Source: the human T2T-CHM13v2.0 reference genome, Homo sapiens. Taken from it: 64,000 nucleotides of DNA. How positions within the stretch are numbered: the stretch's first letter is position 1; each line of letters starts with the position of its first letter. The stretch lies in NCBI RefSeq assembly GCF_009914755.1, contig NC_060946.1. One strand, given 5' to 3'. Made by a program: the position numbers and the translations under genes. Below, piece after piece: positions 28,928-43,500 of this stretch. The notes beneath the pieces are model-generated. The model was not told the origin of the DNA. It saw nothing but the letters and a program-made list of their open reading frames with translations, and did not search any database.

Positions 28928-29937
28928 TAAATAAAAAAAGGAATACATATTCCTTGCAGGAAATTTAGGAAATAAAAATATGCAAACTAGAAATAACTGT
29001 AATCCCATTAACTAGAGATTGGGATGGTTAACATTTTAGTGAATATTCCATGACTTTCTGTCACTTAGACGTTGTTTTTTAAACTCTTGTCCTGATTTCT
29101 ACCAAATTAGGTTCCAAGTTAGATCATCCCCCAAATTCAACCATCAGTTCCAATGCCACATTATCCGTGAGGCTACTCTGATCCACACCCCCTATTTAAC
29201 ACAGTATCACCTCTCCCCTCACACTCTCAACCGCACTTACTCAGCTTTATTTTCCACCATGGCTCTTATCACCATCTGACATACTATATATACATTTATG
29301 TATTTCCCCAGGGGAGAATATAAGCTCCAGGTGGGCAGAAATTTTTGTCTGTTTTGTTTGCTGCTATACCTCTGAGGCCCAGGGATACATACGCCCTGAT
29401 TATCTCAAGAAGAGCAGGTGCTTCTCTTTCACAACAGTAAATAACTCTTAGAGACAAGGACCATCGCTCAGGACAATGGCCTTGCAGATGTGCTCCCTGG
29501 CACTTCTGCCAGCAAAGGGGAAGAAGAGGAAAGATATTCTGAGACTTGGCTCTCGTGTCAGCTCTGCTGCTAACTCTCTGGGTGATCCAGGGCATGTGGC
29601 TTGCCCACTCTGAGCCTCAGTTTCACACTGATAGAAATGAGAGGGCTGGGTGTGGGTGGTGCCTGAAGGCGCTTCCATCTCTTTGTTCGAAGAGATCATA
29701 CAGCCTCTACAGAGAAGACAGCATGAAGTTCCTGGGGCTCTAGACCAAAGCCACGGAAAGCAGAATCTGATCACCTATCCCTCCTTCCACTGGTGCAGGA
29801 CTTGACAGTTTACAAAGTGCTTTTGCTTTCTCATTAAGTTTATCAATTGGCTAATCAGCACAGGAATCTCAAACAGAGCATCAACATCAAGCATGGAAAG
29901 CACCTAAAATGGCATGGCAGAGTCAGCAGGACTAAAC

Positions 29938-29978
29938 AGAAGAGACAGAGAGAGAGACAGAGAGAGAGAGAGGAGAGC
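29938..29978. repeat. (GA)n microsatellite
   Basis: Direct inspection. Confidence 0.9.
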
Positions 29979-31566
29979 GCACACCAGGGAAAGACTGAGG
30001 AAATCCATTGGGGAAATTAACTGCAACTTCAGAGAGAAAGAGAAAAAAAGAGCACCAAAAGGCAGGGGAGTTAATTTTCACAGAATTCATCTAAATCTTA
30101 TTTAAATACCGCTTTGGCAACTGTCACACTTCATGAATCCAATGGGAATTACACAATCCACTGTTGATCTAGTCATCTTCATTGACTCCTGGTGCTTTCT
30201 CCATGTCCCTCTGATGGAGAGAGGGGACCTGCATGAGTGTCTCCGGCTCTCATCCCCCAAACTTGGCTTGAAGATTGCAGAATCCTCAGAAATCTGAGGC
30301 TGAAACTTCTGCAACACATTTAGAAGAATATATCTAGGTCTCTATCAAATCTGTTTACTGGGTTATATAACTGTGCTCTTATTGTAATTCTGTGACTTTT
30401 ATCAAAAGGCTAGATCCAAATTGCGGACACAAATATTCCTTTTTACATTCGCTCTGGATGAGTGACTGCAGCCTAAGTCTATTCTCTAGCCCTTTTGGAT
30501 TGCTGCAAGCTTGCAGGAGCAAGCTTCCCGCCCCAACAAACCCCTTAAGAAGGAATGTGCTTCAGGGCAACAGTAAACTTATGCTTATCAAATTATTCAT
30601 TCATTCACCTGTTCATCCATCTGACGGATAATTACTGAGCCTGTACCATCAACAAGACACTGATTCAGGCAATCGGGATAAAGAGTCTATTCAAACTGGT
30701 GAGACAGATGCAATTCACTAGCATCAGGAGTTGGAAAGCTGCTTCCTGTCCTCATCACAGGTCTGCTGAATTCCCTGATCTCCACTCCATGTTGGTGATG
30801 AAAATCACCAATTCCTCTTGTTCTGATTGGCATCAGTCTAACGGGTTTCTTGACAGCAGCCTAAGGTCCTTCTCCCCAGTATCTACTCCTCTGCTTGCTT
30901 TTCTGGCTCATGAGTTTCTCAAGGCAGGACCTTTGGAGAGCCCTTCAGTTGTAAAGGCATTTCCTCCAGCTGCCAAGCTGGGTAATCAGAGAAAGTGCCT
31001 ATCCATCTCGCAGGGTCAGTAGACTTACTGATCAAGAAAGACGAAGAACCTGCCACAAAGGATGCAGAGCCTGTGCTGTTGTTGAGATGGCCTCCTTTAG
31101 CTGAGTAAGAGGATAAAACTCACTGAAATCTAGAAAATAAGACTGCTTCTTGGCCTGGTGTACTGGAAAGCACACACCGACATGGGCAAGGAAGCTCTGT
31201 TCTGCTGCTCACTGACGGCAAGACCTCTTGGGCACTTGATGTTGAAACTCTGAGCTTCTGTTTCCCTATCTGCAAAGTGGAGATCATGTTATCTCCCTTT
31301 AAGCCTGCCATGAATATTAAATAATTGTTATCATTTATTAAGCATTAACTAGAAGCCAGGCAGTGTGTGAAGCAGCTTATCAACCACAATCTTATTTAAT
31401 TCAATTGTGCTACTCATGTTAGCCTCAGAGTAAAAGTACTGGGGAGGAATTTTGCCATTTGTTTCCCAGAAAAGAGGTTTTCTATAGTTCTGGGGTCAAA
31501 CACTTTGCTGGTGCCCAAAGGACTTGGTGAAATTTCAAACACCGTTGACTTCCAAATGTCTAGAAT

Positions 31567-31772
31567 TGTGCTTGTTGAACACAGTAGCCACTAGCCACAT
31601 GTGGCAATTTAAATTTAAATAATTAATCAAACTCGGATTAAATTAAAACTCAGTTCTTTATTCATGCCAGGCACATCTCCTGTGCTCAGTGACCACATGG
31701 TAGTGGTTACCATACCAAAGAGTGCAGATGTAAAACATTTCCATCAGTCCAGAAAGTTATGTTGGACAGAGC
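31567..31772 (-). mobile_element. MER3 (hAT-Charlie MITE)
   Basis: GTAGCCACTAGCCACATGTGGC...AATTTAAATTTAAAT...ACATTTCCATCA...AGAAAGTTATGTTGGACAG. Confidence 0.85.
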
Positions 31773-32464
31773 TTAGGGATGGAAAATAAGACATGGGAGG
31801 AGAAATAAGAGAAAAGTGAACAACAGGGCAAGAGAGTCAATTCCATGGAGGTTTGTAAAATAAAATGTTGGCATGTTTTCAATAATTTTTCATGGTTAAC
31901 AGAGTGAGGCTGTTCTCATTTTGGGGCTGTCTTAACAAGTACTTTCTGGGGTATTTGGATGGTTTTACAGGACAGCTTTAGTAGCTATGGTTACTAACAG
32001 TTCAGCACCATTCAGAAGTATTATATTTTACTAATAAGTAAAGATAAAAATAAAGACATTAAAAAGTCATACAGAATCCATTCCCTTAAGCCAAATGGCT
32101 CACCTACTATCATTTGCCCTGACAATACTAATTCTGATAACCTAGCACTTAAGGAAGAGTTTCCCAAAAATAAATCATGCGCTAATCATCATAATCTGGG
32201 GAAACGCTTTGTAATATTCCAAGATGCAAGCAGTCATCATTCTAGACATAACCTACCTCTCTAAATCTCCCTGGGGCCACACCAAATGCTCCTTGCGAAG
32301 TGCAAATGTAATCACAACACCCAACTTGAAAAACTTCACAAAGCACTCCTTTCCCTGGAGTACCTATCAAAGTCTTTGTCATGACATATGATCCCCTTCA
32401 CAACCTAACTGTAGTTTACCACCTCCTCCTCTCTGCTCAGTCCACCAGCAGTAGTCTCATTTGG

Positions 32465-32700
32465 TCATTCATTCATTCAACAAATGTTTATTAAGTGCTT
32501 CCATGTCTACATATGATGCTAGGTGCTGAGGCTACAGAGGTGAAGACAAGAGAATGCAAAGTCAGATGCCTATCCTCGTGGAGCTTATACTGTAGCAGGA
32601 GAAAACAGGCAGCAGAAAAGTAAATATTTAAGATACATAATGACAAACGGTGATAGGTGCTACGAAGATCACAAAATGTGTGGTCGTGGAGGGAGAGGGA
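32465..32700 (-). mobile_element. L2 3' end
   Basis: CATTCATTCATTCAACAAATGTTTATTAAGTGC...GCTAGGTGCTGAGGCTACAGAGGTGAA. Confidence 0.85.
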
Positions 32701-32833
32701 AGAGGGCAACTTTCTTTATATTTAGACGTTACCTTCCCAGGTCTTTTCAAACTGTCAATCATTCATTCAAGAAATTTTTATTGAACACTTCACTATGCGC
32801 AGGGCAGTGTTCTGAGCACTGGGGTGAGGACAA

Positions 32834-33196
32834 TGATATGGTCTGGCTGTGTCCCCATCCAAATCTCATCTTGAATTGTAGCTCCCATAATTTTTATGTG
32901 TTGTAGGAGGGACCCAGTAGGAGATAACTGAATCATGGAGGTGGTTTCCCCCATACTGTTCCTGTGGTAGTGAATAAATCTCACCAGATCTGATGGTTTT
33001 ATAACAGGTTTCCCCTTTCACTTGGCTCTCATTCTGTCTTGTTTGCCACCATGTAAGATGTGCCTTTCCCCTTCTGCCATGATTGTGAGGCCTCCCCAGC
33101 CATGTGGAACTGTGAGTCCATTAAACCCTCTTTTTCTTTATAAACTACCCAGTCTCGGGTGTGTCGTTATCAGCAGCATGAAAGCGAACTAATAGA
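32834..33196 (+). mobile_element. THE1 (THE1B/C-like) MaLR solo LTR inserted in an antisense L2
   Basis: TGATATGGTCTGGCTGTGTCCCCATCCAAATCTCATCTTGAATTGTAGCTCCC...GAACTAATAGA; TSD GACAA/AACAA. Confidence 0.93.
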
Positions 33197-36100
33197 AACA
33201 ATGAACAAAACAAAGCCCTGGCTTGAGGGAGCTGACATCCTAGTGGCAGAGAGAAACAAGAAGCAAACACCACACTGCAGGCGCTCAGATGAATGGAAGT
33301 GCTAAGTGGACATGAACAAGCGTAGATGGGGCTGGGCTGGGTGGTGTTGCTGTCTCTAAAGAGGGTGCCTGTCCCAGGGAAGGCAGTGACTTCACATGCA
33401 CATCTTACTGTTTTGCTAGAACACGGTTTCCCCGCCTTGTATCCCTGGCCACTTTCTCCTCCTTTTCCAACTCCTGACTCCAGAAGCACTTTCCCTCTGG
33501 AGCTAGGGGGGCTCTGCTTAGGCATAATTACTTGCTCCCTCAACTGGATCATTGTAAATTATAAATAACTTGATTAATCTGCATCATGCAATATTACATC
33601 ATATTTATATATTCGGGTAAGTTATTCCTACCAAGTTCACATTACTAAAGGGCTGGGACTGCGTCTTATCCATCTTCATTTATTCACGCCAGAAGCTCCA
33701 TGGAACATCAACCATGAACCTTGCCCCGCTTCCCTACCAGAGAATAAAGAGGAATCCCTGTCATTTTGTCCTTATTTTCTTTCCACCTCATTCGTCTCTC
33801 ACAAAGGACTGAGATGTTATTTTAATGAAATAGTGCAATTTAAATGAAATAGTGCATGTAAAGTGTTTAGCCCAGTGCCAAGAACATGAAAACGGCTCAG
33901 TAAACATGTGTTGTTTCTATAACTACTATTACTACTCTAAATAGAATTATTTGTAGGCCAACTGTTTTCTAACTACATCACTCCATTCATTATCCAGTAC
34001 ACTGCTGCAACGCTTCTGATTTTAGTCTCCAACTAGAGTCAGATCAATCTGATAGTGGATGCCATAGTACCTGGGAATCCCATACAGCTTCCCGGCTCAC
34101 TAAAGAGAAGGTTCACATTTGAAGGCATTGCCCCAAGTTAGAGGTAGTTACTGACTCTTTACATCATCTCTGACACTCTCCACATTCAAATATGGTGGAG
34201 ATGCTTTGTCTGCAAAACCCACAGGACTGACACTTTAGTAGCTCTTCGCCGGTGACCATGAGCTGCAGAGCTGCTCCACTTCTTGAGCTTTCTCTGTTGT
34301 TCACCTCTTCCTACCATTGTCGCCAGTTTCCTGGGTACTCTTCTCTCTTACTCCTGTTTTTCTCTTTATTGTTGCCTACATGTTCTCTGAGAGAAAGTGG
34401 CAAGAATTTCAGCAGCCCAGCCAGACAAACCTGAGCCTGAGACCCAAACATCCCCTTCAATTGCTGTGAGACCACCTCAGCCAGACACATCTTTGTTTAC
34501 AAGGATCTTCTCTTGTAAAATTAGGACAACACAAAGCTGCTTTCAGGGCAGTTGAGAGGATATACATCTCTTAATATGACAGTGTTGGTACACAGTATAT
34601 GGAATTGTTAATAGTATTGTTGTTCTATGTCTACCTCCAAATTTAGGGACATTTTAAAAGCTCGAGGGCACTAAAATGCTGTTTCCTGATAGCTGGCCAC
34701 CCACTACATGTAATAATGTAAAAATACAATGCAAGAATTTTTATGTAGGAAAGAGCAGGAAGCGGTTTTACATATAACTGCATACAGCTAGAAAGAGGTT
34801 GGGGTCATTATACCCACATGCATGGAGGGTCAGACAGAACCTCTGATAAAAGTAGTTAAAAAAGATGAACGCATTTTCCCAACTGAGCTATCCCATCCAG
34901 CCCAGATTCAATAATTTAAAAGACAATGCTCGACGCTCACTTCAAGGTGAGAGAAAATTCTGAAGATGAAAGAATCTTCTCAAAACTTCCTTTTAATTAA
35001 AATGTTGGTTGCCTGGATTTCTCCTGAGCCTCAGCTCTTTGCCTATAAAGGAGAAATCACAAGGAGCTCTGCCTAGACAATAAACCACTTAATCTGAAAT
35101 TGGAACTTAATCATAAGTCGATCTTACAGCCCCATTTTTGTGCCCACCATTGGGTAGGTACTAAAAGCTTTGGAATAATATGAATTTATCAGTCTTGAAG
35201 GCTAGTATTGCATAGTTGAAACAAAATAAAACTGTCAAACTCAAACAGAAAAGACGAGGAATTCAAGATGTGGCTAAATTACTATGAAATAAAGACAAGG
35301 TCGAGGGGAAAGAAAACCATTCCCGAGGCAGCTGAAATGCAAAATTTTTGCTGAGATGAAAGGCCGACCCCTTGATGTGGCCTTATGGCTCCACAAATGG
35401 TAAGAAGAGTTTCATGGAATATTTCAAAATAGAAAGATACAAAAGTATCAGTGGCAGTGTTCTGAACAGAGTGGGTGCCAGAATAGTGTTGAATTACTAA
35501 ATGAGTGATGACAGAAAGAAGAAAAAGCAGGTAGATAAATAGGTAACAGCAAGACTGATGGGGCCTTGTCGGCCACTGGCAGGTGACAGATGAGCCAATG
35601 CATCACTGAGGGAGATGCAAGGGAGGCATGGTGACACTCCAAGCTCCCAGATTAAGCCCCTATAGCTGAGAGGCACAAAGAGCAAGAAGCTGGGGCTGCA
35701 GGGTCCAAAGTCCATGGCAGGAAGCAGGCCCATCTTGATTCTCTGACGTCTGCTCTGTGCACAACATTGCCAGTGACACTTTTGCGTCTTTCAAGTGAAG
35801 GCAAAGGAGTGGGGGGACTACACTGGGTGCAAACCACCTCCTGGGCACCACACTTTCCCTTTACATCTGTGAATCTCCTTTGTCCCCTCAAACCCTTTGA
35901 AATGGAAAGTGCTATCTTGATTTTCAGCAGAGGAAACTAAGCCTCTAAGTAACAAACTCCAGTTGCACAGTAAACAGGAAGCAGAGTGGGGACTCCGTGC
36001 TGCTGTGTCTGAAGGCACAGGCTGCAAGCTCCGGGAGCTTTGCAAATTCTTTCACTTACACAATTCCTAAGAGCCCTTGAGAACGAATATACAGCCCAAA

Positions 36101-36306
36101 TTAGCCTGCCAATGAGCGAGTGATTTCTTTGAAGTCTCAATTTTTAATCAATTGTGCACATTTTAAATTTTACCTCATAATATGGTTGTGTGCTAACTGA
36201 AAACAAAACAAAACAAAACATGTTTTAAATTACTTTCATATGAAAGGACGTCCTGTCCTTGTCCTGGGGGCTTTGAACAGTATCTGATAAAAGCTGAATC
36301 TCCACA

Positions 36307-36340
36307 GGGAGGGAGGAGGGAAATGCGGGCGGCGGGTGGG
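36307..36340 (+). other. Predicted G-quadruplex / GC-box cluster
   Basis: Six GGG runs in GGGAGGGAGGAGGGAAATGCGGGCGGCGGGTGGG. Confidence 0.6.
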
Positions 36341-36503
36341 CAATGCGCACCCTGTTTTGAAAGGCAACATACTCTGCTGTGATGCTTCCTCTCTAACAAT
36401 CCATTTTCAGGACAAAAGAGAAATTATCAGAGTATCCCATTAAATTCAAAATTGTGTTTAATGCCTGTGTAAGTGAGAAGAGTAGCAGTGCTCTGGCACA
36501 TAA

Positions 36504-36902
<399 letters not shown>

Positions 36903-37049
36903 TAATGTGTCTACATCTGACATTTGTGGAGGTGATAAAATGGTTCAACCTAATGGTGATGACAGCCAAGTCTGAGTGCTGGTCCAAGTACTGGGCAATA
37001 TGCTTTATTTATGTGGATAGTTCCAAATCAACACCCACCCCCACAACAG

Positions 37050-38235
37050 CAGCAACCCTATGAAGTAGGCAGTATGATCATACCCATTTTGCAGATGAGG
37101 AAACTGCAGACAGAGGGATTGAACCACTTTTCCAAGGTGACCTAGTTGGGATGTCTTGGGGCTGGGATTCACAGCCACACAGCTGCACTCAAGATCCTTT
37201 ATTTTAAACAATGACTCCAGGTACCCAGCCTCTGTGGTCCACATCTGCATAGTATAGAGCTAATAAATATCAGTGTGCCCAGACTCCTGACATAATTAAG
37301 AGACCCTCCAAACCCAGGTGCTGACAAGGGCTCTACATCTTCCAACTGGGTGGCAGTCACAAGACACTTTCTATTTGCAAAGTACGCAGCAGTTGCTCAA
37401 TCTCTAGTGAAGGCTCTCATTTAAAAGGTGCTACTTTGTGCAAGGCGATGCCCACTCCCTGGCTAACACAGGTCCAAGGACAAATACGAGAAATTAACTT
37501 TTAAGCTCTTCAGCACAGATGCCAAGTTTGAACACTAATTTATAGACAGCATTGATGCTCAACAGCTGTATAAAGCTGTGCTGAGAGAAAGCTTTGCATA
37601 TGGTCTTTGATGAGCTCTGAAGCCAAAAAGCCCTGGCTGTGGATCTGGAATTTTTCCACTTATAGGTTATTGGGTCCTGGGCAATGAATTGAACTGATGT
37701 GCCTCAGTTTCCCTACCCATAAAATGGAGATGGCTTGTGTGTGCTGTTGTGAAGATTAACTGAGGACGTTTCCCTTGGTTAAATGCTACTTGACAGCTTA
37801 CGTAAATGAATAAAGTGACTGAGCTGCTTCTAAAATATAACAAAGATTAATGTATGTGGAAGTGCTCAGTACGGTGTTTAACACAGTTAGTGCTCAAAAT
37901 GGTAGAAGAAAATGACAATGATTCCATTAAAAGATTAGCTATCATGCCACCATATTCTATTTTAATTGGTTAGATCCATAGCATTGATTCCTCACAAATC
38001 TGTATATTTTAAATGGTTCCAAGCTCTTTTCCCACCAATTTTCCCAACTGATATTCACAACTACCCTAGCAGGTAGGCAGCTTAACTAATCTTACACTCA
38101 TTTTGCAGATGAGAAACATGAGGTTCTGTGAGATTAAAGGACTTGCACAAAGCCACTAGGTTACTTGGCATCTCTGTCACAGCTAGGATGAGAAATCTGA
38201 GTCTCGTTTTCTCCTTTGCCAGTGCTGTTTCCAAA
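37050..38235. mobile_element. Three MIR fragments (~37050-37215 -, ~37630-37900 +, ~38050-38235 -)
   Basis: CCCATTTTGCAGATGAGGAAACTG, GTGCCTCAGTTTCCCTACCCATAAAATGG and CATTTTGCAGATGAGAAACATGAGG cores. Confidence 0.8.
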
Positions 38236-38864
38236 CTGCCTGCAGGTTCTGCAAAATCACAGTGAAGAAAGATAATCGGCTCTCTGGGATCACAGGGCAA
38301 ATCTGGGAGAGGGCAGGCAACTCTCCTCAAGTCTCTGTCCTCTCTTGGCGCTGCCTCTATGCAGATAACTGCACCCTAGGGCTCAAGGGGAGAGCCACAC
38401 TCCACTCAGTAATGCTATCCCAGTCTGGAACTGTGGCTGATTTCCTCGTTCCCTCTATTCTCTCCCTGCAATTCATCAGCAAGGCCCACGTGAACATGAT
38501 TCCACTGCCTAACACTCTCTTCCCCACCCACACCCCCACCCCCCGGACACACAGAGGCCTCCTTTCTCTCCATCAAACATCACAGGCTCTCTCCTTTGCA
38601 TCTGCCTTCCCTCTGCTTAGAACACTTCCACAGCATCTTCTCTTGGCGGAAGCTTCTCATCCTTTGAACTTTCCTTTGAGTCTCCATCGTGTTGCAGTCT
38701 TACATCTTTCATAGCACTGACCGCTATCTGAATTGTCTTGCTTATTTACGCTCTCCCAAGCCCTTGACTGCCTTGGTCGCCTTATGCAGTGCATGCTATA
38801 TAGTGTAAAAACAAGTTTTCCATCCCCTGTAGCACTTGCCCAGGACAGAGCAAAACTAAAGTTT

Positions 38865-39189
<325 letters not shown>

Positions 39190-39258
39190 TCAATGCTACT
39201 GCTTTGAAACAGCTGAAGCCATAAAGGGGTCATGATCACGGTAGACTCTAACTGGATC

Positions 39259-40070
39259 TGCTGTGGTCTGAGGGTCTGTGTTCCTCCAAACTCCTATGTT
39301 GAAATCTAGTCCTCAGTGTGGTGGTATTAGGAAGTGGTACCTCTGTGAGTGTATTAGTCAGGATTCTCTAGAGGGACAGAACTAATAGGATAGATGCTTC
39401 TATAAAGGGAAGTTATTAAGGAGTACTGACTCACACAATCACAAGTTGAGGTCCCACAATAGGCCATCTATAAGCTGAGGTGCAAGGAAGCCAGTCCGAG
39501 TCCCAAAGCTGAAGAACTTGGAGTCCAATGTTGGAGGGCAGGAAGCATCCAGCATAGGAGAAAGATGGAGGCCAGAAGACTAAACTAGTCTAGTCTTTCC
39601 ACGTTCTTCTGCCTGCTTTTATTCCGGCCGTGCTGGCAGCTGATTAGATTGTCCCCACCCAGATTGAGGGTGGGTCTGTCTTTCCTAGTCCACTGACTCA
39701 AATGTTAATCTCCTTTGGCAACACCCTCATAGACACACCCAGGAACAACACTTTCCATTCTTCAATCCAATCAAGTTGACACTCAATCTTAACCATCACG
39801 GTGAGTGATAATATCATGAGGGCGAAGTCCTCATTAGTGAGATTAATGCCCTTATAAAAGAGGCACAGAGAGCTACCCTGCCTCTTCTACCAAGTAAGGA
39901 CACAGCAAGAAGGGTAATCCAAGAACCAGGAAAAGGGCAATCACCAAGACACCAAGCTGAGTCTGCCAGCAACTTGAACTTCCCAGCCTCCAGAACTGTG
40001 AGAAATAAATTTCTGTTTATGACCCGTTCTGTTTACGCTATGTTGTTAGCAGCCTGAATGGACCACGACA
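39259..40070 (+). mobile_element. MLT1A-type MaLR solo LTR split by MLT2A
   Basis: TGCTGTGGTCTGA...TATGTTGAAATC, GCCCTTATAAAAGAGG and CAGCCTCCAGAACTGTGAGAAATAAATTTCTG. Confidence 0.88.
39350..39800 (-). mobile_element. MLT2A (HERV-L) solo LTR
   Basis: TGTATTAGTCAGGATTCTCTAGAGGGACAGAACTAATAGGATAGAT...CAATCAAGTTGACACTCAATCTTAACCATCACG; perfect 5-bp TSD GTGAG. Confidence 0.93.
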
Positions 40071-40482
40071 GGACTAAAGAAACACTCTTCTTTTCCGGCC
40101 AATGAACTACGCTATCGTTTTCAACAACTTTGTACAAATCTATGAACTCATTAGGTCCTGCCCAGAAAACAGTTTTCAGACTCTATCTCTCATTCCACCT
40201 CTTTTATCCCACTTCTGCACTTAAAAACTCCTAATTTTTCTCTTTGTGATGCACTCAGTAAATTTTTACATGGGCATCTGTTCTCTTGCCTATCAGGAAG
40301 TAAATAATAAATTCAACATTGTTTGGTTTATCTTTTTCATTTTATTTTTGCTTTCTGTTTATTTTTGTTTGGGATCTTGTTCATAAAAATAGGCTCTTTC
40401 TGAAGAAATCTGATACTTGGAAAGGCAGTATATGTAGGGACACAAATTCCAGACTCAGGGAAGTTGGAAACTAGTTCTGCTA

Positions 40483-40483
<1 letters not shown>

Positions 40484-40513
<30 letters not shown>

Positions 40514-40801
40514 CTTGGAGACGGAGTCTCACTCTGTCACCCAGGATGTGGAGTACAGTGGTGCAATCTTGGCTCACTGCAACCTCTGACTCCCTGGTTC
40601 AAGCGAACCTCCTGCCTCAGTCTCCCAAACAGCTGGGACTACAAGTGCATGCCACTATGCCTGGCTCATTTTTGTATTTTTAGTACAGATAGGGTTTCAC
40701 TAAGTTGGCAAGGCTGGTCTCAAACTCCTCACCTCAAGTGATCCACCCACCTTGGCCTCCCAAAGTGCTGGGATTACAGGTGTGAGCCAACAAACCCAGC
40801 C
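40484..40801 (-). mobile_element. Alu (AluJ/Sz-like) inserted in a MIR
   Basis: TSD TGCTATTTTCTT. Confidence 0.95.
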
Positions 40802-41299
40802 TGCTATTTTCTTAGGCAAATGAAATGACCACTCCATGTCTCAGTTTCATCACTATAAACTAGGGACAAAAATAACAATGCCTGCCTTCTGGTGACTGGC
40901 CCAGAGTAAGGGCTATGTAAATATCAGCTATCATAATTATTCTGCACAGTGTCTAAAAAGAGTCTTGTGCTTCAGTAGAGATCATTCACATAAGATCACT
41001 GCCAGAAGCTTAGGGCTGCATTCTTGTCAATTTTTCGATGTGACAAAACATACAAAGTGTCCAGTATATGTTCAATAAAGGACAGTAACTCTTCTTCTAG
41101 AAGAAGGCATCAATATATTATTAATTACTTCTAACTTTTTCCTAACACTGCTAAATATCTGTAGTTCATATAAGTAACTGATGCTAACGATAACAATCAT
41201 ATATTACTGGCATCTTAGTGGTTTAGAAGAGCCTTTGCGTACTTCATCTCAGTTCATCTACACTGTACAAAGCAAGAGTTACAGAGTGCTTACTTTTCA

Positions 41300-41609
41300 T
41301 TTATTTATTTGTTTGTTTGTTTATTTTTGAGACAGTCTTGCTCTGTCGCTTAGGCTGGAATGCAGTGGTATCATCTCGGCTCACTGCAACCTCCGCCTCC
41401 TACGTTCAAGCGATTCTCGTGCCTCAGCCTCCCGAGTAGCTGTGATTACAGACGTGTAACACCATGCTCAGCTAATTTTTTTGTATTTTTAGTAGAGACG
41501 GGGTTTCGGCATGTTGGTTAGGCTGGTCTCGAGTTCCTGGCCTCAAGTGATCCATCCACCTCGGCCTCCCAAAATGCTGGGATTACAGGTGTGAGCCACT
41601 GTGTCTGGC
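41300..41609 (-). mobile_element. Alu (AluJb/Sz-like)
   Basis: Antisense dimer with CCTGGCCTCAAGTGATCC. Confidence 0.95.
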
Positions 41610-42115
41610 AGGGGTGTTTATTTTTCCAATAAGAAAGCTGGGGGGTGGAAATGGAATTGTGCCTTGTCCCTGGCCCCCACGGTGGAGGGGAGGGTTCAGA
41701 TTTAACTTTTTTTGCAAATTGCAAGATTTCCTTTAGCCTCAAATAACAGTAACAGTCCTTCAGGCAGGGCTGTTCTCTTAAAATAATCTCTACAACTTTT
41801 TAGAATGACTTGGTAGGAAAAAGCAAGCTGTGATTAGAACATCTTCTTCTCCAGAACAGTCATCAAGGAGGCTGGATACATATATTAACGATGCTGCTAT
41901 TGTTAAAATCACCACTGCGGCAGCCGAATGTCTTGGAACTGCACTCAGATCCTACAACATACTCTTCTAAACACCTAAGGGTTGGCATATCTTTCCCTTT
42001 CAGAGCTGATTTAATTTTCAGAACAAGCCAACATTCCCATGCACTTCCAAATCATGTAAATAAGATAAGTACTAACAGAGGATAGCAGGGCGTGTTCTTT
42101 ATAAAAAATAAAACA

Positions 42116-42673
<558 letters not shown>

Positions 42674-42719
42674 CTAGTGCTTACAGCTTCCTCCTATTTC
42701 CTACTCTCTTCTCTCATTT

Positions 42720-43125
42720 TGTGGCAGCCGTTCGGTTTAGATGGGACTGACCTCATCCCTGTTCAAAGTATGGGCCCTGTCTAACTAAGGCAGATGGCAA
42801 TTATCCACTTATTTAGTTATAACGATTGGTTAAGGAATGGGCATGTGACCTGAGATGGCACGATCATGGTGCAGCACAGGACTCTTCCTCTCTGAGAAAT
42901 GAAAAGTGGAAGCCTGCAGCCCCAGGGGCAGATGGAAATCATCCACTACCAAAAGGGGAGCCAGCCCGAGGACACGGATGAGAGAACCTTGGAGAAGTGA
43001 GCCAGGGTCCCGTGACACCTGTCCTATCTCTGTTTTTTCAGTTAAATGAAGCAATCCATTCCTTCATTATTTAACTCAATATGGTAGAGATTTTATTGAC
43101 TTATAGGCATGAGGAGTCCTAAGCT
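42720..43125 (+). mobile_element. Old MLT1 (MLT1K-like) LTR
   Basis: ATTGGTTAAGGAATGGGCATGTGACC and TTTTCAGTTAAATGAAGCAAT...GAGTCCTAA 3' end. Confidence 0.65.
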
Positions 43126-43203
43126 CCTCTGTCAGTTCCTACAGCATCTTATGCAATTATGTGTTGTAATAGGTATTAGATATGTAAAGATAAAACATGT
43201 AAA

Positions 43204-43500
<297 letters not shown>

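Noticed and set aside
40085-40320. LTR-like fragment with TATA-like and AATAAA motifs
   Set aside because: I could not assign a family or find termini or a TSD by eye.
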